Source of the DNA: Methyloversatilis discipulorum
GTDB lineage: Bacteria > Armatimonadota > Fimbriimonadia > Fimbriimonadales > Fimbriimonadaceae
Assembly (NCBI GenBank): GCA_943371575.1
Contig: CALRVI020000001.1
Span: forward strand, 103,953-167,952
DNA: 64,000 nt
Direction of reading: 5' to 3'
Part shown: positions 37,394 through 45,462 of the stretch, piece by piece
Layout: each line of letters opens with the position of its first letter
How positions within the stretch are numbered: the stretch's first letter is position 1
Made by a program: the position numbers and the translations under genes
Notes under the pieces: model-generated
Seen by the model: the letters and a program-made list of their open reading frames with translations, nothing else
Databases searched by the model: none
What the model was told of the DNA's origin: nothing

Positions 37394-40300
37394 TCTTCAG
37401 GTGACCGGAAGTATATCCGCTGGCCCAGGAAGCCCTTACCTAGCTCGTGCATTCCTGGCGAGACAAGGTCACCCGCATCGACGGTTGCCGTTGTCGGTGC
37501 GCCCTTCGGCCTGCCCGCCAGAATATGGTTCCACCAAGTAGGGGGCCCCGTCTGAACCCAAGGGGAGTCGTTACCCCAATGAGACACCTGCACTTTTCCT
37601 TTCGCTGGGACTGATCGAAGGGTTGCTCCCCCAGTCAGGGCACCGACGGTGCCACCGAGTCCAACATCCCACCAGTCGATTTCTGCTCGCCATCCCATCT
37701 GCATGCTAAAAGCCTGTCCGCCCAGTGATCCCCCTGCTCCACCGAGTGATCCCGCGACGGCCCCGCCCGCGATTCCGCCGACACCCATTGCCCCCAGTGT
37801 CGGCAACGCTGCTGCAACAACGAGTAGTCCAACTGCCCCTCCGACCGCTCCAGCAGCAGCACCTCTTCCCGCGCCACGCAGTGGATCCTCAGAATCGCTC
37901 AACGCCCCAAAAATCGCTCCGGTAAGCGCACTAGCACCGATAAATATCAGGATCGGGACAAATTTCCCTGTAGGATCAGCGAGTCTTACCGGACTACCAT
38001 GACAGTACGCATACCAGTTCCGACCATCCTTCGCCGGATCCCGGGTGAGGAAGCGCCCGGTCGAAGGATCGTAGTAGCGGTGCCCCAGCAGCTGGAATCC
38101 TGTATCCGCATCAGACTGGTACCCAAACGGCCCCGCGTGGCCGAATGGGCTGCGCCAGGTGCCGGTCGACGAGGCCACATTCCCAAAGGCATCATAGGTA
38201 CGCGAAGCCGACGCCACTGCCGAGACAGAAGTCTGCAGATCCGCATTCTTCAGCCCAGCATGGAAGGTCGTCTTGACTCCGCCGCGAACCTCGCCTGAAG
38301 TGACGTACCGAGCCAAACCATCGCCCAGAACCGGCGCAGTGACACCGACCCCATTGCGCCGAATCGAGCGTGAGCCCAGTGAGTCCACCACCCCAACCCG
38401 GGTGTCGAGGCCATTGTAGGTGTAGGAATTCGTGGTCATCCCGCCGCGCGTGATGCTCGTGATGCGGCTCTCAAAGTCGTAGGCAAACGATGTCACGCCC
38501 GAAGCGCGGGTAATCGCGGTGGTGCGCCCCGCAGCATCGTAGCTAAAGGTGCGCGGATCCGCGCCGCCCGTGATCGCGGTGAGCTTGTCGCCGCCATCAT
38601 AGGAATAGTTCTCGGTGACCCCGTTCACCACGCGGGTCTGGCGGTTGCCATTGCCATCATAGGTGTAACTCGCGGTGTAGCCAGCTCGGGTTTCCGAATT
38701 CAGCTGACCCGCCAGGTCGTAGCCGTAGTTCGTCACCACTCCGCCTTGGTTCAGCGAAGTCACCTGAGAAGCGGCGTCGTAGCCATAGGTGCGCGAGCCA
38801 AGCACCGTCTGACCCACCCGGGTCAGGATGCTGGAGACTCGGTTGCGCGAATCGTAGGCGTAGGTGTCGTAAGTGTTGTTCCCATGGAACTTGTTCAGCA
38901 ATCGCCCCGCCGAATCATATTGGAATGCGGTCAGATCCCCAAAGGAATCCGTCACCAGATCCACGCGCCCGGCCGAATCGTAGCGATTCGTTGTGGTTCC
39001 AAGGCCCACTTCCGTCATCGTCAGCGGCTGACCCGCCGTGTTGTAGGTGTAAGTCTGCTGACCCTGAGGCGTGGTGAGGCTGGTCACTTCGCCCGCTGAG
39101 TTGTAAACCCACGTGCTCGTGCCCGTGCCATCCACCATCGTGAGCTGGCGACCCGCGCTATCGTAGGTGAAGCTCGTATCGGTCTGGCCCACCGGATAGT
39201 CCACCAGAGTGGCCCGGCCTGCATCGTTGAAGCCGTACTGAATTGTCTGACCCAGCGGATTGGTGTAGGCCGTGGTTTCCCCGGTGCCGCTGTAGCTCCA
39301 CTGCTCGACCGCGCCATCCGGCATGGTGAGGCTGGCGGCCTCGCCTCGGTCGGTGTAGGTGTAGGTTCTGGTGAACCCACGAGCGTTCGTGACCGAGGTC
39401 AGATAGCTCACGTTGTTGTAGCCAAACGTGGTGGTTTCGCTCTTGGCGTTGGTCGCCGAGATCTGGCGACCAATATCATCCAGAACCCTGGTGCCGGTGC
39501 GCCCCAGCGGATCCGTCGCCGCCGTGATGTTGCTCTCCAGGTCGTAGGAGATGCTGGAAACCGCGCTTCCAGGCTCAGTAACCGAAGTCACCCGGCCCCA
39601 GTTGTCGTAGCCAATCGAGGTGATATTCGAGGCCGGATCCGTCACCGAAGTTGGGCGGCCCAGGGTGTCGTAGCTCGTCCAGCTGGTGATGTTCCCTGGC
39701 TGAGTCGCCGAGGTCACATCGCCTTGACTGTTGTAGCCCACCGAGCTCTGGCGGCCCATCGCATCGGTCGAGGTCGCAAGTTCGCCAAAGCTGTTGTAGG
39801 TGTTGGTCACCTGGGTGCGGTTCAGCGCATCTTTGGCGGTGAGCAGATTCCCCGTAGTCGAATAGGTGAAGGTCTGAACCTGGCTCAGAGGATTCGTCAC
39901 CGTGAGCAGGTCGTGGGTGACGGGATCGTAGGTGTAAGTGGTGGTCTGGTTGAGCGGATTCTTGCTCGTCAGGCGATTGCCCTTCGTGTCATAGGTGGAA
40001 GTCCAGACTTTGCCCCGCTCATCCGTCACGGTGAGCACGTTCTTGGCAGAGTCGTAGGTGTAACTGCGGCTGAATCCCGCTTGGTCAACTTCCGAAGCAA
40101 TCAGGCCATTGGAGTAGTTGTGAACAATCGTCTTGCCGTTCGGCTGAGTGAGAGTGACGCTCGCCGTCCCGAATGTCCAGGTGGTAGTGTGACCCAGCGG
40201 ATTGCTGAAGCTGGTCAGGCGCTCGCTGGTGTCATAGCCCATCGTCCAGACCTTGTTTCGCAGGTCGGTTTCGGTCAGGATGTTGCTCTGAGCGCTATAG

Positions 40301-41388
40301 GTGAAGTTCCGGTCATGAACCACCCCATCCAGCACCGGGTAGGCGATGGCGGTGAGGTCGTTGTTGGAATCGTGGGTGAACGTCCAGACCCGGTTGGTCG
40401 GATCCGTCACGCTGGAGATGAGGCCATTTCCGTTGTAGGCAAAGGTCAGGGTGCGCGTTCCATCCGTGACCGTGGTGATCTTGTCGCTGGAGTTGCGGTT
40501 GACCGTGATCTGGTTGCCGTGAGCATCCTTGACCTGGGTCAGACGACCATTTGCGTTGAACTCAAGCACGCTCCTGAACTTGCTTGTGAGAGTCCACGTT
40601 CCGTTTGAATTCTTGACAAGGTTGTCATAGACTCCGGCGGGCGGGGTGAAAACGCCTCCCGACTCGGTATACGGGTGCTCCAGCCCATGACCATAACGAA
40701 TAATCGCCGACGATCCAGGCGTGTGCGTGACCTTTACATCGTAAGAATGGCTCCAGCCTTTGCCAAGATCAAAGGAGTACGCGCCAATGGAGTTGTGGTG
40801 GAGCGTGAAGTTCACCGCCGTGTCGCCCCGAGCTGACCATCGCACGATCGGGTAGTTGGCATGGCGGTTTCCGGTGTTCGTGTTCAGAGCCGATCCGCCT
40901 CCGAATCCGCCGCCTCCGCTCGGGCCACCCGCGCCTCCACCGGTACCGCCACCGGATCCTCCTCCGGGGCCAGAACCTTCTCCACCGCTCTCCCCGCCCC
41001 CCGATCCGCCGCCGCTCTGCGCAACCGCCAGGCCATAGATGGGAAGCATCGAGACCATGAGATCTGCTTCCGCGGTAGGGGCCTGGCGAGCCTCAATCTG
41101 CCTCACCCGGGCCAGATCCCCGAGGAGCTTCGGAGTCCACATCCCTCCTCGTCCCACCGGATCCCGCCCCGGATTCGCCCCCTTCACCACCGGAGTTGGC
41201 CGATCCGTATAGTGCGCCCGAATCTGGCGGGAAAGTCCCTCGAGGCCTGCGTGGCCACGGTGTACTGCCTCAGTCAGCGCCGGATTGATCCCGATTGCTG
41301 CCGCGCTGTACGCCATCGTGATAGCAAGGGTGGTGCTCAGAGCGCGAGCTGTGCGGCGAAAGATCAGGGTTTCAGTGAAAGTCTTCAT
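37390..41388 (-). CDS. RHS/YD-repeat polymorphic toxin with signal peptide, Gly-rich linker and glycine-zipper C-terminal domain
   Basis: Start ATG 41388 preceded by GGAGA. MKTFTETLIFRRTARALSTTLAITMAYSAAAIG is signal-like. Dozens of YD repeats (e.g. YDSAGR, YDTKGN, YDLAGQ, YDGNGN). RHS core end is GHRYYDPSTGRFLTRDP...YAYCHGSPVRLADPTGK, followed by a 190-aa tail. The ORF track extends a further 190 codons upstream, not adopted here. Confidence 0.9.
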   Translation of the reverse strand: MKTFTETLIFRRTARALSTTLAITMAYSAAAIGINPALTEAVHRGHAGLEGLSRQIRAHYTDRPTPVVKGANPGRDPVGRGGMWTPKLLGDLARVRQIEARQAPTAEADLMVSMLPIYGLAVAQSGGGSGGGESGGEGSGPGGGSGGGTGGGAGGPSGGGGFGGGSALNTNTGNRHANYPIVRWSARGDTAVNFTLHHNSIGAYSFDLGKGWSHSYDVKVTHTPGSSAIIRYGHGLEHPYTESGGVFTPPAGVYDNLVKNSNGTWTLTSKFRSVLEFNANGRLTQVKDAHGNQITVNRNSSDKITTVTDGTRTLTFAYNGNGLISSVTDPTNRVWTFTHDSNNDLTAIAYPVLDGVVHDRNFTYSAQSNILTETDLRNKVWTMGYDTSERLTSFSNPLGHTTTWTFGTASVTLTQPNGKTIVHNYSNGLIASEVDQAGFSRSYTYDSAKNVLTVTDERGKVWTSTYDTKGNRLTSKNPLNQTTTYTYDPVTHDLLTVTNPLSQVQTFTYSTTGNLLTAKDALNRTQVTNTYNSFGELATSTDAMGRQSSVGYNSQGDVTSATQPGNITSWTSYDTLGRPTSVTDPASNITSIGYDNWGRVTSVTEPGSAVSSISYDLESNITAATDPLGRTGTRVLDDIGRQISATNAKSETTTFGYNNVSYLTSVTNARGFTRTYTYTDRGEAASLTMPDGAVEQWSYSGTGETTAYTNPLGQTIQYGFNDAGRATLVDYPVGQTDTSFTYDSAGRQLTMVDGTGTSTWVYNSAGEVTSLTTPQGQQTYTYNTAGQPLTMTEVGLGTTTNRYDSAGRVDLVTDSFGDLTAFQYDSAGRLLNKFHGNNTYDTYAYDSRNRVSSILTRVGQTVLGSRTYGYDAASQVTSLNQGGVVTNYGYDLAGQLNSETRAGYTASYTYDGNGNRQTRVVNGVTENYSYDGGDKLTAITGGADPRTFSYDAAGRTTAITRASGVTSFAYDFESRITSITRGGMTTNSYTYNGLDTRVGVVDSLGSRSIRRNGVGVTAPVLGDGLARYVTSGEVRGGVKTTFHAGLKNADLQTSVSAVASASRTYDAFGNVASSTGTWRSPFGHAGPFGYQSDADTGFQLLGHRYYDPSTGRFLTRDPAKDGRNWYAYCHGSPVRLADPTGKFVPILIFIGASALTGAIFGALSDSEDPLRGAGRGAAAGAVGGAVGLLVVAAALPTLGAMGVGGIAGGAVAGSLGGAGGSLGGQAFSMQMGWRAEIDWWDVGLGGTVGALTGGATLRSVPAKGKVQVSHWGNDSPWVQTGPPTWWNHILAGRPKGAPTTATVDAGDLVSPGMHELGKGFLGQRIYFRSPEE

Positions 41389-42008
41389 CTGGTCTCCGTT
41401 TGATGCTCGCAATAGTAACAGGACCTCGTCTTGGAAACAAGAAAAAACATCGAAGTTAACGGAAAACCGGGGTGACGGTGAGTGGCCCCGGTTCAAAATT
41501 GCTGAAATTGCAGACACAGAGCCATGCCGTTGCTGGGCCTGCCGACGGTAGGTGGCGGTACAGGGAACGGGAGACGACTCGACCCGGTGGTCTCCACTGC
41601 CGGCTGGTGGAGCGATCAAGGCTCCACGATGACCGCCGCTGATTGCGAACGGGAAAAACGACACCACGACCTCTTCCCCCCCCAGGGAGACGGCAGGGGC
41701 CGTTTTGAACCTAGGTGGCAGTAGACATCCGTCCGAAATCAAACTGTTGCCTAAGGTGAGCGAAATCCGTACCCCATTGAAAACTGGGGTACGGAGGACG
41801 GCCTCGAGTATCTCAAGTACGCCACCTCCATGAAAATTTCGGACTAGATTCACAATTCTACGTGGCAGGTCAAGTGGAAGAACGAGCTTCAAAATGCCAG
41901 AGTAATCGAGTGCTGGGCTCACTAGATATTCCTCAGGCCCAACAATATATAACAACATCTCGGCAGCATGCGGCCCGCGAGGAAGAAGTAATTCTAAGCG
42001 AAGGAACG

Positions 42009-42647
42009 TCAGGCCCGATAGTCATCATCCTCTAAAAAAGGATGCCATCTTTGCTCCCATTCAGCCACAACTTCCTCCTTCTCCCGTACGTACAGTTCAA
42101 GTTCCGGCAACAGATCTGGTCGGCTAGCATCAATCAATGATCGCAACTGGCCAATCAGCGTGTCGTGTAACGACATTCGCCTCTCATAGTCCTTCTGTCG
42201 ATTCACTCGCTGTTCAAAATGCTTCGTCACCTGCCGACGATTCAGATGGAGTCGATCTACCATGTACTTTGCAGGTTCAGAAATTCCTTGCAGCTCGTGA
42301 TGCACCGTCCGCTCGAAATGATCGTCGTAATCTACAACGCACGGATCCAAGTAGCCTTTCCCATGTGTTAGTGGGTCGTCATGTGGCCAGTCATCACCTT
42401 TGAATGTGTTGCAAACACAGCACGCATAAAGCACATTAGAGTACTCGAGTGTAAGCTGCGGAAATTTGCTCTTAGGACGAAAATGATCAACCGCAAAGCC
42501 TCGGATGCCGCCCACCTCGTTCTCGTGGAGCCCACAGTAAACGCACTCAAAAGAAAAATCCAACCTCAGGTGAGGCTTAAAGTCCTTATACCGCCTTACT
42601 ACCCCGGGATCCCTATTCTTGACACGCAATGCCATTTCGCAACTCAC
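42009..42647 (-). CDS. HNH endonuclease (PtuB/TIGR02646-like)
   Basis: FECVYCGLHE...GFAVDHFRPKSKFP...NVLYACCVCNTFKGDDWP gives CxxC, the D-H catalytic pair and CxxCN-x2-K, a beta-beta-alpha-Me finger. The GTG start overlaps the upstream stop (GTGA). Confidence 0.8.
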   Translation of the reverse strand: MSCEMALRVKNRDPGVVRRYKDFKPHLRLDFSFECVYCGLHENEVGGIRGFAVDHFRPKSKFPQLTLEYSNVLYACCVCNTFKGDDWPHDDPLTHGKGYLDPCVVDYDDHFERTVHHELQGISEPAKYMVDRLHLNRRQVTKHFEQRVNRQKDYERRMSLHDTLIGQLRSLIDASRPDLLPELELYVREKEEVVAEWEQRWHPFLEDDDYRA

Positions 42648-43276
42648 CCCCGACTCTTGGTCTGCCTAATGAGATCTTCCAATCTAGCCAGTAAGGCCTC
42701 CTCGCGGGCAAGGAACTCTCGATCTTGGTCGGCTTTAAAGCCCAAGTAGGAGTCTGTGGGCCGTTGGATTTCCAGCCGAATCTGATCGAGGCGGAGTGAC
42801 TCACTCTCTCCGATATCACCTGAAATCTTCTTGTCAATTAAGACCGAAAGCTCAAGTAGCCTCTCCGATAACGAACCCTGATACTGCCCAACCCTTCTTT
42901 CAATTCTCATCATTAGCGACCTTGCGTGATCCCGTACCAGATCTTTCGGGAATACATTGTCAACCGAGCCGCTCTCCTCATGATCTTCAACGTCACCAAC
43001 GTGGCTAGTCAGCATAAACAGAGGCACGTCCTGCCTGATGCCTCGGAGGTAGCTGGCCAGGGCTGTACCGTCGTACTGCACAAGAGCATCAAGTCGATGA
43101 TCGATAATAAATCCTGCGACGTCACGATTGGCGATAAGCGCAGCCACTTCATCGATGCGTTGCGGTGGGTTCAGAATCTCGATAGAAAGCGACGAGGAAG
43201 CTTCACCTAGAAGAAACTGATACTCTTCAGCTTCGCTCGGCTGGTCATCGATGAGGAAAATAGTAGGCTGACTCAT
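42644..43276 (-). CDS. Stand-alone response-regulator receiver domain protein with coiled-coil C-terminal tail
   Basis: TIFLIDDQ (acidic pair D10/D11), GFIIDHRL (phospho-acceptor D59), PLFMLTSH (T90/S91) and NVFPKD (K111). The last ~90 aa are heptad-like and charged, with no DNA-binding or enzymatic output recognised. ATGA overlap with the kinase gene. Confidence 0.75.
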   Translation of the reverse strand: MSQPTIFLIDDQPSEAEEYQFLLGEASSSLSIEILNPPQRIDEVAALIANRDVAGFIIDHRLDALVQYDGTALASYLRGIRQDVPLFMLTSHVGDVEDHEESGSVDNVFPKDLVRDHARSLMMRIERRVGQYQGSLSERLLELSVLIDKKISGDIGESESLRLDQIRLEIQRPTDSYLGFKADQDREFLAREEALLARLEDLIRQTKSRG

Positions 43277-45462
43277 CGTTCAGGCACCCCAAGGGGAAAG
43301 AGGATCGTGAACTGCGCCCCCCCAAGATCCGAGACGCATTCAACTTCCACCTTTCCTTCGTAGTTTGTAAGTACTGACTTCACAATCGCTAAACCCATTC
43401 CGGTACCAACAGGCCGACCAGATGCATCAACACGTGTGCTGAACATAGGGTTGAAAATATCTGAAGCATTCACTTCAGGAATCCCGCGGCCTGAATCCGC
43501 AAACTGAATTTGAACGACGCCTTCCGGCAGGATTGCGGAGCGAACGCGTATCTGTTTTTGATCAGGTTCGGTGAACCGCAGAGCCTCTACTGCGTTGGTC
43601 AGTAAATTGACGACAATCGCCTCCAAGTCCATCTGGAAACCCAAAAAAGAAGGATTTGTTTCAGCTAAACCTTCTAGATCCACGCGAATCCCTTTGCTTT
43701 CAAAGAATTGCTGAAAAGAGCGAGTAAGATTCGTGATTATCTCATTTACGTTGAGTTTTTTGCGTTGTCGCCTATCTCTTTTCATACTTCCAAGCGCATA
43801 CTGGCCCCAGGCCTGAACTTTTTGCGCCTCAAACTCAATAACCTCAACGTGCCTGCGGAGGTCATCAAGCTTAGACCCAGAAGTGTCATCGATTGAGCGT
43901 CTGCTCATAGTCACACGGTTTAGGATACTTGTGACTGGTTGCGCCGTCTCGTGACCGAATGCCACCATCGCAATTCCAGTCGTAGCAAGGCCGTGAAGCA
44001 ATTGTTGCTCTGTTTGTACCGCACTTACTGTACCAGCCACGCCGGCGAGGTCGGCCGCCATTTCGTTCATCGACTTGAGAGCGTCGCGCAATTCAGTTAC
44101 AGGAGGGGTCTCGGGGAACAGAGATGGTGCGTCGGCACCCTCGATCGCACGCTCAAGTGTCTTCTTTACCGTTTCAATCTTGGGGCGGAATCGCTCTATA
44201 ACCTCATCTGGCTTTTGCCTAGGAATCTTGGCTGACTGTTGATGTTGTGTGACCCGATACCGTTCGAGCTTTTGAACCAAAAAGAGCATGAACTTGCGAA
44301 GATCATTAAGCGCGACATTGTCGACTAGTCCTTCGCGATTGGTCTGGTCGTATAGCGACATATTGTCCTCCTTAGTAATGTGCACCTCACCGACGATTTG
44401 ATTGCCCGCAATCCGGTAACCAGCCGAGCCAACTCCACCTGGGCTTCCTACGCGTCGTGCATTTAATGAAAGCCAATCCCCATTCTCACCAGGTTCGCCA
44501 TACGGGCGCACCCAAAATCCGTCTCGATAGACGCGTATACCTTGGAAGCGATCCAAGAACTGCACAACGTGCCTTTTTGTCATCATAGCATCGCTAATCT
44601 CGGTAGCCTGTCTAAGGTACAAGTGCAAGGTCGTCCTGATCGGGCCGCAAAGTGGGAACGTACCAGGCGCGACGTCTCCGAATGCATCACGCCACTCATC
44701 AGTGAATGACATAGAGTCGCTGGAGCGATTAGTGATTGTCGTTGTGATAGTGCCGCTGCTTGAAAGGTCAGCCTCCAAAGTCATTTCGGCAGCCTCTATC
44801 ATTGTGGTGTGAATAGGGCCCGAAAGGTCGTCGTAGGGGCAGTGAAGGCTTATAGAAAAATCTCGCTCGGTGTCGCTAAATGGTGGAACAAGTAGCGAGA
44901 GCTCATTTCTGAGTTTGACGAAGTCGACTCTCGTCCATTCATCTCGAAGTCCTGACAAAGTTATTGTCGTACCGCTCTCTCGGGAAGCACCTGCGTGTGA
45001 AGTCTGGATTGGGTGCGTAATGTCTCCTAAGTCTCCGCTTTCAACTTCATATTTAGACCATTCTATGAAAATTTCAGTTCGAGTCCCTTCTCCTTGATGC
45101 TGAGTCGCCAGTTTGGTATGTGTCGCTAGTCGATCCAACACAAGACGACCGATGCCCTTTTCCCCAACCTTTTTTCGTCCTTTTGTTGTCAGCGGCGAGC
45201 GCTGCTTATTTCCGGTGCTTATGACCAACCACTTTTCTTCGATGTCGCTCCTTGTCATTCCATCACCATTATCGGAAATGATCATCTCCATTTCAGTTTC
45301 GCCTGGAGCAAACATGACATCTACTTGTTGCGCGTCGGCATCGTAAGCGTTTTTGACCAGCTCCACCACTCCGGTCGCAGGGCTAGATATCGCGTCGCGA
45401 CCGAGCATTTGCATTGTTCTCGGCGAGACTCTGAATGATACGGAATCGGGGTTATTCGTCAA
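43273..45462 (-). CDS. Hybrid ATPase: N-terminal GHKL (HATPase_c_3, MORC/Hsp90/MutL-like) module + C-terminal histidine-kinase transmitter (H-box + HATPase_c)
   Basis: N-terminus: VVELVKNAYDADA, ISDNGDGM and GEKGIGRLV (Bergerat N, G1, G2 boxes). C-terminus: AFGHETAQPV (H-box, H504), VVNLLTNAVEAL (N), FADSGRGIP (G1), IFNPMFSTR (F) and GTGMGLAIVKS (G2). No TM segment. The TTG start overlaps the methyltransferase stop (TTGA). Confidence 0.8.
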   Translation of the reverse strand: MTNNPDSVSFRVSPRTMQMLGRDAISSPATGVVELVKNAYDADAQQVDVMFAPGETEMEMIISDNGDGMTRSDIEEKWLVISTGNKQRSPLTTKGRKKVGEKGIGRLVLDRLATHTKLATQHQGEGTRTEIFIEWSKYEVESGDLGDITHPIQTSHAGASRESGTTITLSGLRDEWTRVDFVKLRNELSLLVPPFSDTERDFSISLHCPYDDLSGPIHTTMIEAAEMTLEADLSSSGTITTTITNRSSDSMSFTDEWRDAFGDVAPGTFPLCGPIRTTLHLYLRQATEISDAMMTKRHVVQFLDRFQGIRVYRDGFWVRPYGEPGENGDWLSLNARRVGSPGGVGSAGYRIAGNQIVGEVHITKEDNMSLYDQTNREGLVDNVALNDLRKFMLFLVQKLERYRVTQHQQSAKIPRQKPDEVIERFRPKIETVKKTLERAIEGADAPSLFPETPPVTELRDALKSMNEMAADLAGVAGTVSAVQTEQQLLHGLATTGIAMVAFGHETAQPVTSILNRVTMSRRSIDDTSGSKLDDLRRHVEVIEFEAQKVQAWGQYALGSMKRDRRQRKKLNVNEIITNLTRSFQQFFESKGIRVDLEGLAETNPSFLGFQMDLEAIVVNLLTNAVEALRFTEPDQKQIRVRSAILPEGVVQIQFADSGRGIPEVNASDIFNPMFSTRVDASGRPVGTGMGLAIVKSVLTNYEGKVEVECVSDLGGAQFTILFPLGVPER

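Noticed and set aside
41389-41958. 190-codon N-terminal extension of the RHS ORF given in the ORF track (start at 41958).
   Set aside because: The extension is AT-rich and looks non-coding over most of its length. A Met with a GGAGA RBS followed by a signal-peptide-like sequence occurs at 41388. The first ~80 codons (MLLYIVGPEEYLV...) could be a decayed gene remnant, but I cannot support a call.
42009-45462. Assigning the kinase-receiver-nuclease trio to Detocs, or the HNH gene to Septu.
   Set aside because: - Detocs effectors carry their own receiver domain, and its kinase has a different sensor region.
- Septu pairs PtuB with a PtuA ABC-type ATPase, which is absent here.
- Neither system includes a methyltransferase.
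- The similarity is limited to individual domains.
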